From contig OY760074.1 of assembly GCA_963663035.1 (NCBI GenBank), positions 96,001 through 160,000 on the forward strand: DNA of 64,000 nucleotides. Direction: 5' to 3'. Positions 39,618-49,340 of this stretch are shown here, piece after piece. The stretch comes from Acidobacteriota bacterium (GTDB lineage: Bacteria; Acidobacteriota; UBA6911; RPQK01; JADFOI01). Each line of letters starts with the position of its first letter. Within the stretch, counting starts at the first letter, position 1. The translations under genes and the position numbers were made by a program. Below the pieces are notes generated by a model, which saw only the letters and a list, made by a program, of their open reading frames with translations, was not told the DNA's origin and did not search any database.

Positions 39618-40760
39618 CTAAGGGCGTTGGGGCTGGCGGGCAGCGAGGGGCTTGATCCCTACGGTCCAGGAGAGGGGAACCGACATCGGGTTGTAGCAAA
39701 CCTTGTCGTCGCAGGCCTGATACTCGAGGGTGCCCGTGAGTGTCAGCGTGCCCAGTGCGTCAAATGCCGGCCGGTCCTCCCGAAGGGTTTCGGTCACCAC
39801 GTCCTGCATCAAGGTGAACGATTTCTGATAAACAGGCACGCGCTCATCGAGCGGTTCGAAGTAATAGATCTCGGAAGAAGGATGCTGTACGGGGAGAAGG
39901 TTAACGAAGCGTTGCGGCTCGATTCGAAGGGTGATAACTCGATAGCCTTCAGCACCCGGGGCGTAGACGTGCATATTGGGCCGAGGTGTGATTTCAACGG
40001 CCAAAGTGAAGCGCTCACCCCGAGCGATCACCGAGTCACTGGGATAGGTCTTGATCTGGACCTGGCTATTCGAGATCTCGGTTCCATGAACGGAACCGGC
40101 TCCCACGCCCAATTTCACCAGGATGCTGGCGGCTGTGTTCCGTTCCTGGTAGAAGTCCTCGAAGAACCGGTCCGTGACCACACCCTGAGGGTCAAGTATG
40201 AATGTGCCGGGATAGGCGATACCCACGAACCGCTCACTCGGGCTGGTCACCGATACGTACTCTTGGAAGTCGGCCATGACCGCCGGGTCGTCTCCATTGG
40301 GACCGAGGGATTCCTCGGTGACCGTGTTATAAATGCCGTACCGTTTGATGGTTGCCGAGCCCGGGTCCGAGAGCATCGTGAAGGTGATGCCATGCTGCCG
40401 CGTGAACTCTGCCTGCGCCTCCGACGAGTCGTAGCTGATGACTGTCAGTTCCAGCCCCTGTTGGCGAATCTCATCGACCCTGCCCTGCAGCTCGACCAGC
40501 TGCGTTCTACAGTAGGGTCACCAATCCGCCGATCTCACGAAGACGAGCATCGCTCCCTTCGGCCCCATGATGGACGGCAGTGTCCAGGTCTTGCCCTGCT
40601 GATCCTTCAGGCTGAAGTCAGGTACTGTCTCGCCAATCTGAGGGCCGAGTTTGGAGACATCGACCTTCGTTCGTGCCGGAAACTGCGTCTGAGCCTGTGC
40701 CACCCCCGTGAACCCTATGATCCATGTCGCCACTACAATGACCATCAGTCTTTTGGACAT
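39618..40760 (-). CDS. Selenocysteine-containing AhpC/TSA redoxin fused to a DsbD N-terminal-like domain
   Basis: ORFs 40518-40760 and 39618-40376 are in frame. Reading through TGA (40518-40520) gives RSADW-U-PYC-RTQLVELQ with no other stop. The C-terminus has YQACDDKVCY. Confidence 0.85.
40487..40503 (-). promoter_or_regulatory. Putative bacterial SECIS hairpin
   Basis: GCAGCT-GGTCG-AGCTGC begins 14 nt after the UGA and has a G-starting apical loop. Confidence 0.6.
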
Positions 40761-41026
40761 TTCTACCTCCTAAGTCGAGCATTTCGGGATGCCCGCTTCC
40801 TTTTAATCCAACAATACACATCATTTTAGATGTTTCAGGTAGGGATCTCAATGGTGAATGTCCGGATTGGGGTTAAAGAATCGGAAAATGAACATTTCCC
40901 CCTCTTTCCGAACTTGTATGTTAGACAATGAAATGGTATTCATGGATACAGTTCACCTTAAGAAAGAAAGTTTGGATGAAGCCCAGGCCGCGATAGATTT
41001 CTTTCCCTACAGAAAGGAGCATACGG

Positions 41027-41491
41027 ATGCCAGATTCATTTACACTCAACATTAACGGAAAAGCCCATACCGTCCAGGTGGACGGCGACGTGCCCTTGCT
41101 CTGGGTCATCCGCGAGACTCTTCAGCTGACCGGCACCAAGTTCGGCTGCGGAATCGCCCAGTGCGGCGCCTGTACGGTTCACGTGGACGGTCAGCCCATG
41201 CGATCCTGTCAACTTCAGGTGAGCCGGGTGGTCGGCCGCGAGATCACCACCATTGAAGGGATTCGGGAAGATCATGCGGTGAAGCAAGCCTGGATCGATG
41301 TGCAGGTCCCCCAGTGCGGCTATTGCCAGTCGGGACAGATCATGTCGGCGGTGGCCCTGGTGGAGAAAAACTCCAATCCCAGCGAGGAGGAGATCATCGC
41401 TGCCATGGAAGGCAATCTGTGCCGCTGTGGAACCTACATGCGCATAAAGCGGGCCATCAGGCAGGCGGCCCAGGAGGTGAGGAACTCATGA
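41027..41491 (+). CDS. (2Fe-2S)-binding small subunit, IorA/CoxS-like
   Basis: GTKFGCGIAQCGAC, QCGYCQ and NLCRC. Confidence 0.93.
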   Translation: MPDSFTLNINGKAHTVQVDGDVPLLWVIRETLQLTGTKFGCGIAQCGACTVHVDGQPMRSCQLQVSRVVGREITTIEGIREDHAVKQAWIDVQVPQCGYCQSGQIMSAVALVEKNSNPSEEEIIAAMEGNLCRCGTYMRIKRAIRQAAQEVRNS

Positions 41492-43611
41492 ACAACTCCA
41501 TAGATCGACGAGAGTTTTTAACCCGAGCGGGTCTCACGCTGGCCGTAGCAGCTACCTCTTCGAGTCTGAAGGTTTTCGCCATTAGCCCGGCGGCCACGGG
41601 ATCGGAGATTTTTAGTCCCGGCCCCTGGCTGCAGATTACACCCGATAATCAGGTCACGATTCTCCTGTGTAAATCAGAAATGGGCCAGGGGATTCATACT
41701 GCCATACCGATGATTGTGGCCGACGAGCTGGAAGCCGAGTGGGGTCAGGTGCGGACTGAAATGGCCCCGGTGTTACCTGAGTATGCCGACCCGAGAATCA
41801 ACCAACACGGAACCTTTGGAAGCATGAGTTTGAGAAATATGTACCTACCGCTGCGCAATCTTGGTGCGGCGGGCCGAGAGATTCTGGTTGAAGCGGCGGC
41901 CCAGAAGTGGAGTGTGCCCGTCAGCCAGTGTGAGGCCATCCAGGGCAAGGTTCAGCACCAGCCCAGTGGCCGGTCCTTCACCTTCGGAGAGTTGGTTGAA
42001 GAGGCTTCGGCCCTTCCTGTTCCTGAGAATCCGAGACTGAAGGAAAAGAGTGAATTCAAACTCATGGGTACCCCGGTAGCGCGCCGCGACATCCCCGCCA
42101 AGGTCCAGGGAAAGGCCAAATATGGCCTGGACACCTTTGTGCCGGGAATGCTCTATGGCGTGGTGGCCCGACCACCCGCCTATGGAGCCAATCTTACCTC
42201 CTACGATGAGCGGGCAGCCAAGCAAGTGGAAGGGGTTCGCCATGTGGTGAGATTCGACCGCGGGGTTGGGATCTGTGCCGATACTCTGCAGGCTGCCTGG
42301 AAAGGGAGACAGGCACTCGATTCCAAGTGGGACCGAGGGATTGACCCCAACATGAGTACGGCAAGTGTGGAAAAGGCTCTGGCCGATGGTTTGGAGAAAC
42401 CGGGCCGTGAGGACCGCAATGATGAGGGTGTTCCCAGTGCCCTCAGGCAGGCCGACAAGCGGGTCCTGGCCGACTACTTCCTTCCCTATCTCTCCCACGC
42501 CATTATGGAGCCCATGAACGCTACGGCTCATGTTCAGGCGGATCAATGCGACGTTTGGGCACCCACCCAAAGTCAGACCGGAGTGCAGCGGGCGGCCGCT
42601 TCCATCACGGGAATGAAGCAGGAGGAAATCAAGGTCCATACGCCCTATTTGGGAGGTGGCTATGGTGGGCGCGGAGCGACCGAGGGAGTCCAGGAAGCAG
42701 TGACACTCTCCAAGGCAACTGGAAGACCCATCAAGGTCGTTTGGACGCGCGAAGAGGATATTAAGTATGAAGCCTATCGTCCCGGCTATGCCCATCGAAT
42801 CGAAGCCTCCCTGGACGAGCAGGGGCAGGTGACGTCCTGGACTCACAAGGTGGTAGGCGGGGCCTCCCGAGGGCCAGGTGGTGGGGGTGGACTACGAAGC
42901 CTCCAGTACGAGGTCCAGAATCTCAAGTCGGAAAGTGTCTCTTTGGATAAGCCGATTCCCACTCGACCCTGGCGCGCTCCCGGGGGCTCCCACTTCGGTT
43001 TCACGGTGGAGAGCTTCATGGATGAACTGGCCCACGCAGCCAACCAGGATCCTGTGGAGTTTCGCCTACGCCATCTCGAGCATGATTCCAGACACCATAA
43101 AGTGGTTGAGCTGGTAGCCGAGAAGGCGGGTTGGAGCAAGCCCCTCACTCGAGGTGAAGGACGGGGAATTGCCACCTACTACTCCCACGGAAGCTATGTC
43201 AGTGAAGTGGCGGAAGTCTCCGTAGACAGAAATACAGGAGTCATCAAGATTCACCGAATCGTTTGTGCTGTTGACTGTGGCCCGGTAGTCAATCCCGATA
43301 CGCTGGAAGCCCAGATGTCGGGAGCGATCACCATGGGCTGGAGTGCGGCCCTGCAAGAGAAGGTCGAGTTCGCTGACGGTGGAGTCAAATCGTCAAATTA
43401 CTCCGACTATCATCTGTTGCGCATGAGTGATGCTCCGGAAGTGGAAGTCCACATGATGGAAAGCGATGCCGCAATTGGTGGTGGTGGTGAACCTTCCCTG
43501 CCTCCCATAGCTCCGGCAGTAGCCAATGCCGTTTTTGCGGCCACCGGTGTTCGCATCAGGACTTTACCCTTGACGCCCGCCCGGGTCCTGGCGGCCTTGC
43601 GTCAGGGTTAG
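41488..43611 (+). CDS. Xanthine-dehydrogenase-family molybdopterin subunit, IorB-like, Tat-exported
   Basis: DRREFL Tat motif, SEMGQG, MEPMN, GGGYGGR, WRAPG and GGGEP. Confidence 0.9.
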   Translation: MNNSIDRREFLTRAGLTLAVAATSSSLKVFAISPAATGSEIFSPGPWLQITPDNQVTILLCKSEMGQGIHTAIPMIVADELEAEWGQVRTEMAPVLPEYADPRINQHGTFGSMSLRNMYLPLRNLGAAGREILVEAAAQKWSVPVSQCEAIQGKVQHQPSGRSFTFGELVEEASALPVPENPRLKEKSEFKLMGTPVARRDIPAKVQGKAKYGLDTFVPGMLYGVVARPPAYGANLTSYDERAAKQVEGVRHVVRFDRGVGICADTLQAAWKGRQALDSKWDRGIDPNMSTASVEKALADGLEKPGREDRNDEGVPSALRQADKRVLADYFLPYLSHAIMEPMNATAHVQADQCDVWAPTQSQTGVQRAAASITGMKQEEIKVHTPYLGGGYGGRGATEGVQEAVTLSKATGRPIKVVWTREEDIKYEAYRPGYAHRIEASLDEQGQVTSWTHKVVGGASRGPGGGGGLRSLQYEVQNLKSESVSLDKPIPTRPWRAPGGSHFGFTVESFMDELAHAANQDPVEFRLRHLEHDSRHHKVVELVAEKAGWSKPLTRGEGRGIATYYSHGSYVSEVAEVSVDRNTGVIKIHRIVCAVDCGPVVNPDTLEAQMSGAITMGWSAALQEKVEFADGGVKSSNYSDYHLLRMSDAPEVEVHMMESDAAIGGGGEPSLPPIAPAVANAVFAATGVRIRTLPLTPARVLAALRQG

Positions 43612-43639
43612 TCAGTATTGGGTCAAGGGGAAATAATGC

Positions 43640-43784
43640 CAGACAGGACCGTGGGCTGAAGCCCACGGCTCTGTCTGAGCCTCGTCAGCTCCGTCAGAGC
43701 CGCAGGCTTCGGGCGAGCCCGTTTAGCCTGCGGGCCGTCCCCACATCTCCCATTGCTTTCTCACCTCCTGAGGGTCTACTATCT
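43640..43784 (+). repeat. Paired REP-like hairpins + promoter module (second copy)
   Basis: CCGTGGGC-TGAA-GCCCACGG, then the repeat of 23257-23360 including TTGCTT-N18-TACTAT. Confidence 0.8.
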
Positions 43785-43804
43785 GTGCCAGGAGGGACCT
43801 TACT

Positions 43805-44488
43805 ATGAAACAACACATTCTTCTTATCGCCGTTGCGGCGATCACTTTGGGCGGGACCGCGGTGCTGGCCCAGGACCAGGAGCCGCAACAACCATTGGGC
43901 TTTTTTGTCACCAGCACGACCCATAGCGGCAATCTCGGTGGTCTTGCCGGCGCCGACGCCGAGTGCCAGCGTTTGGCTGCCGCCGTGGGCGCGGGCAACC
44001 GCACCTGGCGGGCTTATCTGAGCACATTCGGCTCCCCCACCGAGCCAGCCGTCAATGCGCGCGATCGTATCGGAAACGGGCCCTGGCACAACGCCAATGG
44101 CGTGCTCGTCGCCCCCAGTCTGGCGGATTTGCACGGCGACATTCAGCGCGATAGCAATCTCATCAATCAGGACACGGCGGTGACGGAAAAAGGCGATCCG
44201 GTGAACGGCCGCGTGCGCCCCGAAGACACCAACAACGAACACGACATACTGACCGGATCGGATTCGCATGGGCGCGCCTTCCCTCCGGGTGCCTCTTCTC
44301 GAGCGAACCTCACCTGCGACAACTGGACCTCGGACAGCTCCGACGGCAGCGCTATGATCGGCCATCACGACCGCATGAGCCGATGGAATACTTCCTGGAA
44401 CTCATCGCACTCGACAGCAGGATGTTCGCTGGATGACTTGGTGTCGACCGGCGGCGCGGGACGGTTCTACTGCTTCGCTGCCGAATGA
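43805..44488 (+). CDS. Secreted endostatin/NC10-like (lectin-fold) protein
   Basis: GNLGGLAGADAECQ, WRAYLS, TC.NWT and RFYCFA. Confidence 0.75.
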   Translation: MKQHILLIAVAAITLGGTAVLAQDQEPQQPLGFFVTSTTHSGNLGGLAGADAECQRLAAAVGAGNRTWRAYLSTFGSPTEPAVNARDRIGNGPWHNANGVLVAPSLADLHGDIQRDSNLINQDTAVTEKGDPVNGRVRPEDTNNEHDILTGSDSHGRAFPPGASSRANLTCDNWTSDSSDGSAMIGHHDRMSRWNTSWNSSHSTAGCSLDDLVSTGGAGRFYCFAAE

Positions 44489-44547
44489 CAAAGGCAGCGT
44501 CTGGGAGGCGTCTGGGGCAGGTCTTGAATTGATGCAGATTTGACCGG

Positions 44548-44859
44548 CTAAAGATTAAACTTCCTTTTTATATAACGTTCCAGCCGGTAGTAGAAATACT
44601 CCGCCTGGCCCATGAGGCTTTTCTGCCGTTCGGCGATCCTCATCAATTCCTCTCTCTTGGTCTGCTCACTGAAGAAGCTCGATTTCCCATTCGGCTCGAC
44701 GATTCTTATCAGCTCCCCGGTGACCTCCGCTTCCAGGACCCGGATCTCTATGCCATCCGAAGCGAAGCTCGTCTCGGACTTACTCTCCATGAAATTGATC
44801 CATAGCGGGGTCCCTAAAAGGATCAGGACGAGGGCTATGATGAGGTAGGATCGCTTCAT
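44548..44859 (-). CDS. Small membrane-anchored hypothetical protein
   Basis: N-terminal TM and GAGG RBS. Confidence 0.55.
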   Translation of the reverse strand: MKRSYLIIALVLILLGTPLWINFMESKSETSFASDGIEIRVLEAEVTGELIRIVEPNGKSSFFSEQTKREELMRIAERQKSLMGQAEYFYYRLERYIKRKFNL

Positions 44860-45048
44860 TCCCTCAGTGTACCTGAATGGGGAGTCCCTCCGCGGCTACC
44901 CCTGCTTTCACGACTGGCTCCGGCGGAGATTCGTTCTCAATCAGGAACAATGACAGTTCATGGTGTTTGTGGTAATAGAGAGTGGTATCTTGCTACCCGA
45001 CACGACCCTAAAACACTTATCTAAGGAGTCACTTCAGAGAAAGGATGC

Positions 45049-47397
45049 ATGATGTCCCACAGCAAGAGTCCCTTTCGAAAGAGAACCAAGCGAAACCAGG
45101 TTATCCTGACCTCTGTTTTTGGAAGCCTCCTGTTTTGGCCCACATTGACGCCTGTTCTTGGCCAGGAAGCGGCACCATTCCAAGTAGTGGAAGCAACCAT
45201 CGAGGATATACAGAACGCCATCAAGTCAGACCAGATCACCTGCCAGGGCTTGATACAACAGTATGTCAATCGAGCCAAGGCCTATAACGGTGTCTGCACG
45301 CAGCTTCTCACTGCAGAGGGAGCTTCTATTGCTCCTGCTAGGGGCGTGGTTCGCGCGGGTGCACCCCTGGAGTTTCCAACTGAAACAGTTGCGGCATCAA
45401 GCTTGTACCCCAATTTTAACGAGTATGTGGGAACGCCCTTTGACTTTGGCAAAACGGAAGAAACCCTATCGGATTCAAGCGTCCAGCAGCGATACGGGAT
45501 GAGAGTAGGGATCCCTAATGCAGGCCAGCTCAACGCGTTGGAGACCATCAACATCCGCGGTGAGCGTTCGGTTACATGCAAAGGCGCATTTGATGCACAT
45601 CCGTCAACAGGTCCTCTTCCAGTAGGAGCCCCGCAAGTTTGTGAAGACTTCCGCCAGCTGCCAGATGCTCTGGAAAGAGCAGCTGAATTGGATGCGCAAT
45701 ATGGTAACAATCCTGACCTGGAGAACTTGCCACTGTATTGCATTCCATTCTCCTTCAAGAATTGGTATGACGCGAAGGACATTCGGGGAACAGGTGGGAA
45801 TGACGTCGACTTTGCCATGGATGTACCTCCTGCTGACTCGGTCCCGGTGGCTCAGGTGAGGGAAAAAGGGGCGATCAGCTTCGCCATCGCCATTGCCAGC
45901 AATAATCGTATTTCTATAGGGTCTACTCCTGCCAGCGGTCCGCCAGCAAAGCTTTTTTCCCCGGCCGGATCGATATCTGGGGACCAGAGGCCTGCCACCT
46001 CGATCAGTACCTGGGGAGGGCAGCCCTGCAACCCCTATGATACAGAGCGTGAGACCCGGGGGACGAGCTCTGGCTCTGGTGTATCTGTGGCCGCGAATCT
46101 GGTGGTCTGCTCCATTTGCGAACAGACCTTTGCATCCTGTCAGGGCCCTGCATCCCGCAATAACATCGTGAACTTCCTGACCACCAAAGGAGTGAATTCG
46201 GACGGCGGCATTCTTGCCCGCAGGATTGATGACCGCGCAGGCATCCATTGTCGCTCAGTGGGAGATGCAGTCCGTGTTCTGGATGCCATAAAAGGGTTCG
46301 ATTCAAGGGAATACTTCACCGCGACTCCGAGAAGCTTGATCCCGGAAGAGCCCTACGCCAGTTTTCTTATAGATGAAAGCGACCTTGAAGTTGAAGGTAG
46401 GCCTCTGGAGGGAATGCGGATTGGGATTGTACGTGAGTACATGGTCAAACACAGTCAAAACGATGTCGCCATCAGTGATCAGATCGACCAGGAAATCAAA
46501 ACCATTTTGCGTGACAAGCTGGGAGCAGAGCTGGTTGAATCCGTCGATCCACTCTATCCTGACGATCCAGACGTTCCCAATATGAAATATACCTTCCAGG
46601 ATGCTTTCGCAGAGATCATGCCCATGAATGTGCCTGAGTATTTCTTTAGAACAACCCCCTCTGGCGATCTGGAATTTGCCGTACCAGGCTTCGATGTGAG
46701 GACGAAGGATTATCAGGTGAAATTGGCGATGGGCCAGGCGCCCTTATCCGACAACTTCAATCTACGCCGCATCACCGGCGGTTTTGACAATACCGGACGA
46801 GGGCATTTCAATACGGCCAAATATCTGGCGGAACGAGGAGACTCCAGGGTGTTTGACTGGGCGAGTTGGGTGGCCAACGAGAAAGCGGTTGCTGACAGTG
46901 GTCGAAGGCGCGCCGAAAATGCGGTCGATGTGCAAGACCTCCGCCCAACCAGAGGCATCGACATGTATAAGATGCAGACCGTGGTGAGGCTTATGATTCA
47001 AAAGGTGATGTATGAAAACGACATCGACGCTTTTGTGAATCCAGAAAATACTCTCCCCCATCGAAAGATTGCCGGTGCCAGCGAACCGACCGTCAATGAT
47101 CGAAGTGCAGTGAGTTGCTGTGGACGCTTCACCGCCTTTATTGGAATCCCTCAGATCGTCGTTCCTGCCGGCTATAACCAGATCGTCTACGAGCCTGGGT
47201 TTGCACTCAGCCCAGACAAGACGAGATACATCTACGTCAGTGGCACCCAACGCTCGATGCTCCCTCGTCCAATGCCCATCAGCATGATGTTGTGGTCTGG
47301 TGCGGGTGAGGAACCAACTCTGATCAAGATCGCTTCAGCCTTTGAAGCAGCTACGAAACACCGAGTTCCACCGCCTGACTTTGGACCGTTGCCATAA
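45049..47397 (+). CDS. Secreted amidase-signature family protein
   Basis: FSFKNWYD and NPYDTERETRGTSSGSG. Paralog of 5438-7726. Confidence 0.85.
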   Translation: MMSHSKSPFRKRTKRNQVILTSVFGSLLFWPTLTPVLGQEAAPFQVVEATIEDIQNAIKSDQITCQGLIQQYVNRAKAYNGVCTQLLTAEGASIAPARGVVRAGAPLEFPTETVAASSLYPNFNEYVGTPFDFGKTEETLSDSSVQQRYGMRVGIPNAGQLNALETINIRGERSVTCKGAFDAHPSTGPLPVGAPQVCEDFRQLPDALERAAELDAQYGNNPDLENLPLYCIPFSFKNWYDAKDIRGTGGNDVDFAMDVPPADSVPVAQVREKGAISFAIAIASNNRISIGSTPASGPPAKLFSPAGSISGDQRPATSISTWGGQPCNPYDTERETRGTSSGSGVSVAANLVVCSICEQTFASCQGPASRNNIVNFLTTKGVNSDGGILARRIDDRAGIHCRSVGDAVRVLDAIKGFDSREYFTATPRSLIPEEPYASFLIDESDLEVEGRPLEGMRIGIVREYMVKHSQNDVAISDQIDQEIKTILRDKLGAELVESVDPLYPDDPDVPNMKYTFQDAFAEIMPMNVPEYFFRTTPSGDLEFAVPGFDVRTKDYQVKLAMGQAPLSDNFNLRRITGGFDNTGRGHFNTAKYLAERGDSRVFDWASWVANEKAVADSGRRRAENAVDVQDLRPTRGIDMYKMQTVVRLMIQKVMYENDIDAFVNPENTLPHRKIAGASEPTVNDRSAVSCCGRFTAFIGIPQIVVPAGYNQIVYEPGFALSPDKTRYIYVSGTQRSMLPRPMPISMMLWSGAGEEPTLIKIASAFEAATKHRVPPPDFGPLP

Positions 47398-47398
47398 A

Positions 47399-47428
47399 AA
47401 AAGGGGACAGTCTAGTCTGTCCCCTTTT
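47399..47428. terminator. Bidirectional terminator / GGGGACAG REP-like hairpin
   Basis: AAAAGGGGACAG-TCTAGT-CTGTCCCCTTTT between convergent genes. Confidence 0.75.
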
Positions 47429-47466
47429 CCTGATAAGCCAACCCAGTGGGTGCGGCCGGCGAGGCG

Positions 47467-48036
47467 TTAGTGTTTTTGCAAGACAGTGGCCAGGATCTGG
47501 GCGAGTTCCCCGGCAGAAGTTTCATCATCCCGTGTGAAGCTGGAGCCGTCGTTGCGATTGGTGAGCTGCAAGACGCCCAGTATCTTGCCTTCAAATCGGA
47601 TAGGTGTCGCCAGGACCTGAGTGGTGCGATAGCCGCTTTTGCCATCCCAGCTTTGGTCAAAGTGCAGCTCGGGGTGGATGGCCTTGACCTCCTCCTCGTC
47701 GTAGGCGTCAGCGATATTGAGCACTGTTCCAGTCAAAGCCGAGTAGCCCGCAATGTTTTCGGCACTGATGGGGATCCGAATCTCGCTCAGCATGGTTCCG
47801 ACCTTAAATCGTGTAAAGAGCTGATTGGAACTGTCATCAATCACATAGATGGCGTTCCGCTCGCAGTCAAAGAAATCGAGCATGCGCTCATTGAGGTCAA
47901 GAAGAATCGAGTCCAGGTTCTGAGCTGAGCTGATTTCGTGGGTAATTTTCCGCAGAGCGTGGCGATAGACTCGCGGGTCCTTTAAGTCTTGAGGGCTTGT
48001 AGCACCCTTTTCTGTGTCTTGAAAAGTCATGTCCAT
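47467..48036 (-). CDS. Stand-alone GAF domain protein (like the GAF of PilB/GspE ATPases)
   Basis: IAGYSA..VLNIADAYD..FDQSWD.KSGYRT..VLATPI..GVLQL.N. Confidence 0.8.
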   Translation of the reverse strand: MDMTFQDTEKGATSPQDLKDPRVYRHALRKITHEISSAQNLDSILLDLNERMLDFFDCERNAIYVIDDSSNQLFTRFKVGTMLSEIRIPISAENIAGYSALTGTVLNIADAYDEEEVKAIHPELHFDQSWDGKSGYRTTQVLATPIRFEGKILGVLQLTNRNDGSSFTRDDETSAGELAQILATVLQKH

Positions 48037-48074
48037 CCCATTCTGAGCGGTAAGTTTCGCTCTATATTCACTTT

Positions 48075-48090
48075 AGCATATAGCGTGCCA
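48075..48090 (-). promoter_or_regulatory. Sigma-54 promoter
   Basis: TGGCACG-CTAT-ATGCT (-24/-12) upstream of the GAF gene. Confidence 0.7.
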
Positions 48091-48145
48091 CACCTGTCAG
48101 GAGCCCTCCAGAAGGCATGCCACTGCCATAACGAAACTCTCTATT

Positions 48146-48158
48146 AATCAACGAGTTA
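48146..48158 (+). promoter_or_regulatory. IHF binding site
   Basis: AATCAA-CGAG-TTA matches WATCAANNNNTTR and lies upstream of the sigma-54 site. Confidence 0.55.
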
Positions 48159-48244
48159 GACGTCAATTGAGGGTGATTTGAAGGAGTTGAGAGGGTCTGA
48201 TTCTGACCAGCCAGCGTAAACAGTGGTTTACAAACCTGCTTTCT

Positions 48245-49150
48245 CTATTTGTGCTTGAGAAACGTCCCTGCCCCAAACTCGGCGAATGCCTGCCGAAGCT
48301 CCTCCTGAGTGTTCATCACGATGGGCCCTCTCCAGGCAACGGGTTCTTGGAGGGGCTCTCCCGAGACCAGGAGGAACCGGATCCCCATCTCCCCAGCCTG
48401 AACGGTGACCTCATCGCCGCTATCGAACAGGACGAGCGAGCGATTGTCCGCCTCCTCCGAAGGAGAGGTGGCAGCCCCGCCAACTCCCTCGGTGCGAACG
48501 TCCTGGGGAGCGGAAGCGTCGCTGAATTTCCCAGAGCCGCCGAAAACATAGGCAAAAGCATGACGCGTGGTCTCAACGGGAAGGCTCTTTCTCTTTCCAG
48601 GTGGTACCGATACGTCGATGTATTGCGGTTCAGCCGCGATACCGTCGACGGGCCCGGTGGCACCCCAAAGGCTGCCGCAGATGACACGAATCCTGGTCCC
48701 GTCGTCGTCTGTGACTTCGGGGATGTCCGCTGAGCAGACGTCCTGGTAGTGAGGTCCAGTCATCTTGAGGGATGAGGGGAGATTCGCCCACAGTTGAAAC
48801 CCGTGCATTTTTCCGCTGCTGTCTCCCTGGGGCATCTCCTGGTGGATGATTCCACTTCCCGCGGTCATCCACTGGACGTCGCCGGCGGCGACTACACCCT
48901 TGTTTCCAAGGCTGTCCCCGTGCTCGACCGTACCCGAGAGAACGTAGGTGATGGTCTCGATTCCCCGGTGCGGATGCCACGGAAAGCCAGCCAGGTAGTC
49001 TTCCGGCCTGTCGTTTCGAAAATCGTCCAACAAGAGGAAAGGGTCGAACTCCTCTGAGTTGCCGAAGCCGAAGGCTCGACGTAATTGCACTCCCGCACCC
49101 TCAATGGCGGGTTTGGCTTTGATGAGTTGTTTGATAGGGCGTATGGACAC
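48245..49150 (-). CDS. Pirin family protein
   Basis: DPFLLLD, GFPWHPHRGIETITY, WMTAGSGIIHQE and GPIVMNT. Confidence 0.93.
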   Translation of the reverse strand: MSIRPIKQLIKAKPAIEGAGVQLRRAFGFGNSEEFDPFLLLDDFRNDRPEDYLAGFPWHPHRGIETITYVLSGTVEHGDSLGNKGVVAAGDVQWMTAGSGIIHQEMPQGDSSGKMHGFQLWANLPSSLKMTGPHYQDVCSADIPEVTDDDGTRIRVICGSLWGATGPVDGIAAEPQYIDVSVPPGKRKSLPVETTRHAFAYVFGGSGKFSDASAPQDVRTEGVGGAATSPSEEADNRSLVLFDSGDEVTVQAGEMGIRFLLVSGEPLQEPVAWRGPIVMNTQEELRQAFAEFGAGTFLKHK

Positions 49151-49340
49151 TGTTTTCTCCTCACTATCTGCTAGGAGAAAAATGTACTTCATTTCCGGTG
49201 CCGTTGTCGACTGTCCATAGGGCAGCATTGCGTTCAGTTCTCCTGGGCTTTATCATCTAGGGAAATTACTCAAAGCTTTTTCAGGGAGGGTTCGGTGGAA
49301 CGACCTTCGTCATTCATTACATCAGGAGGCCCTAAGGACA

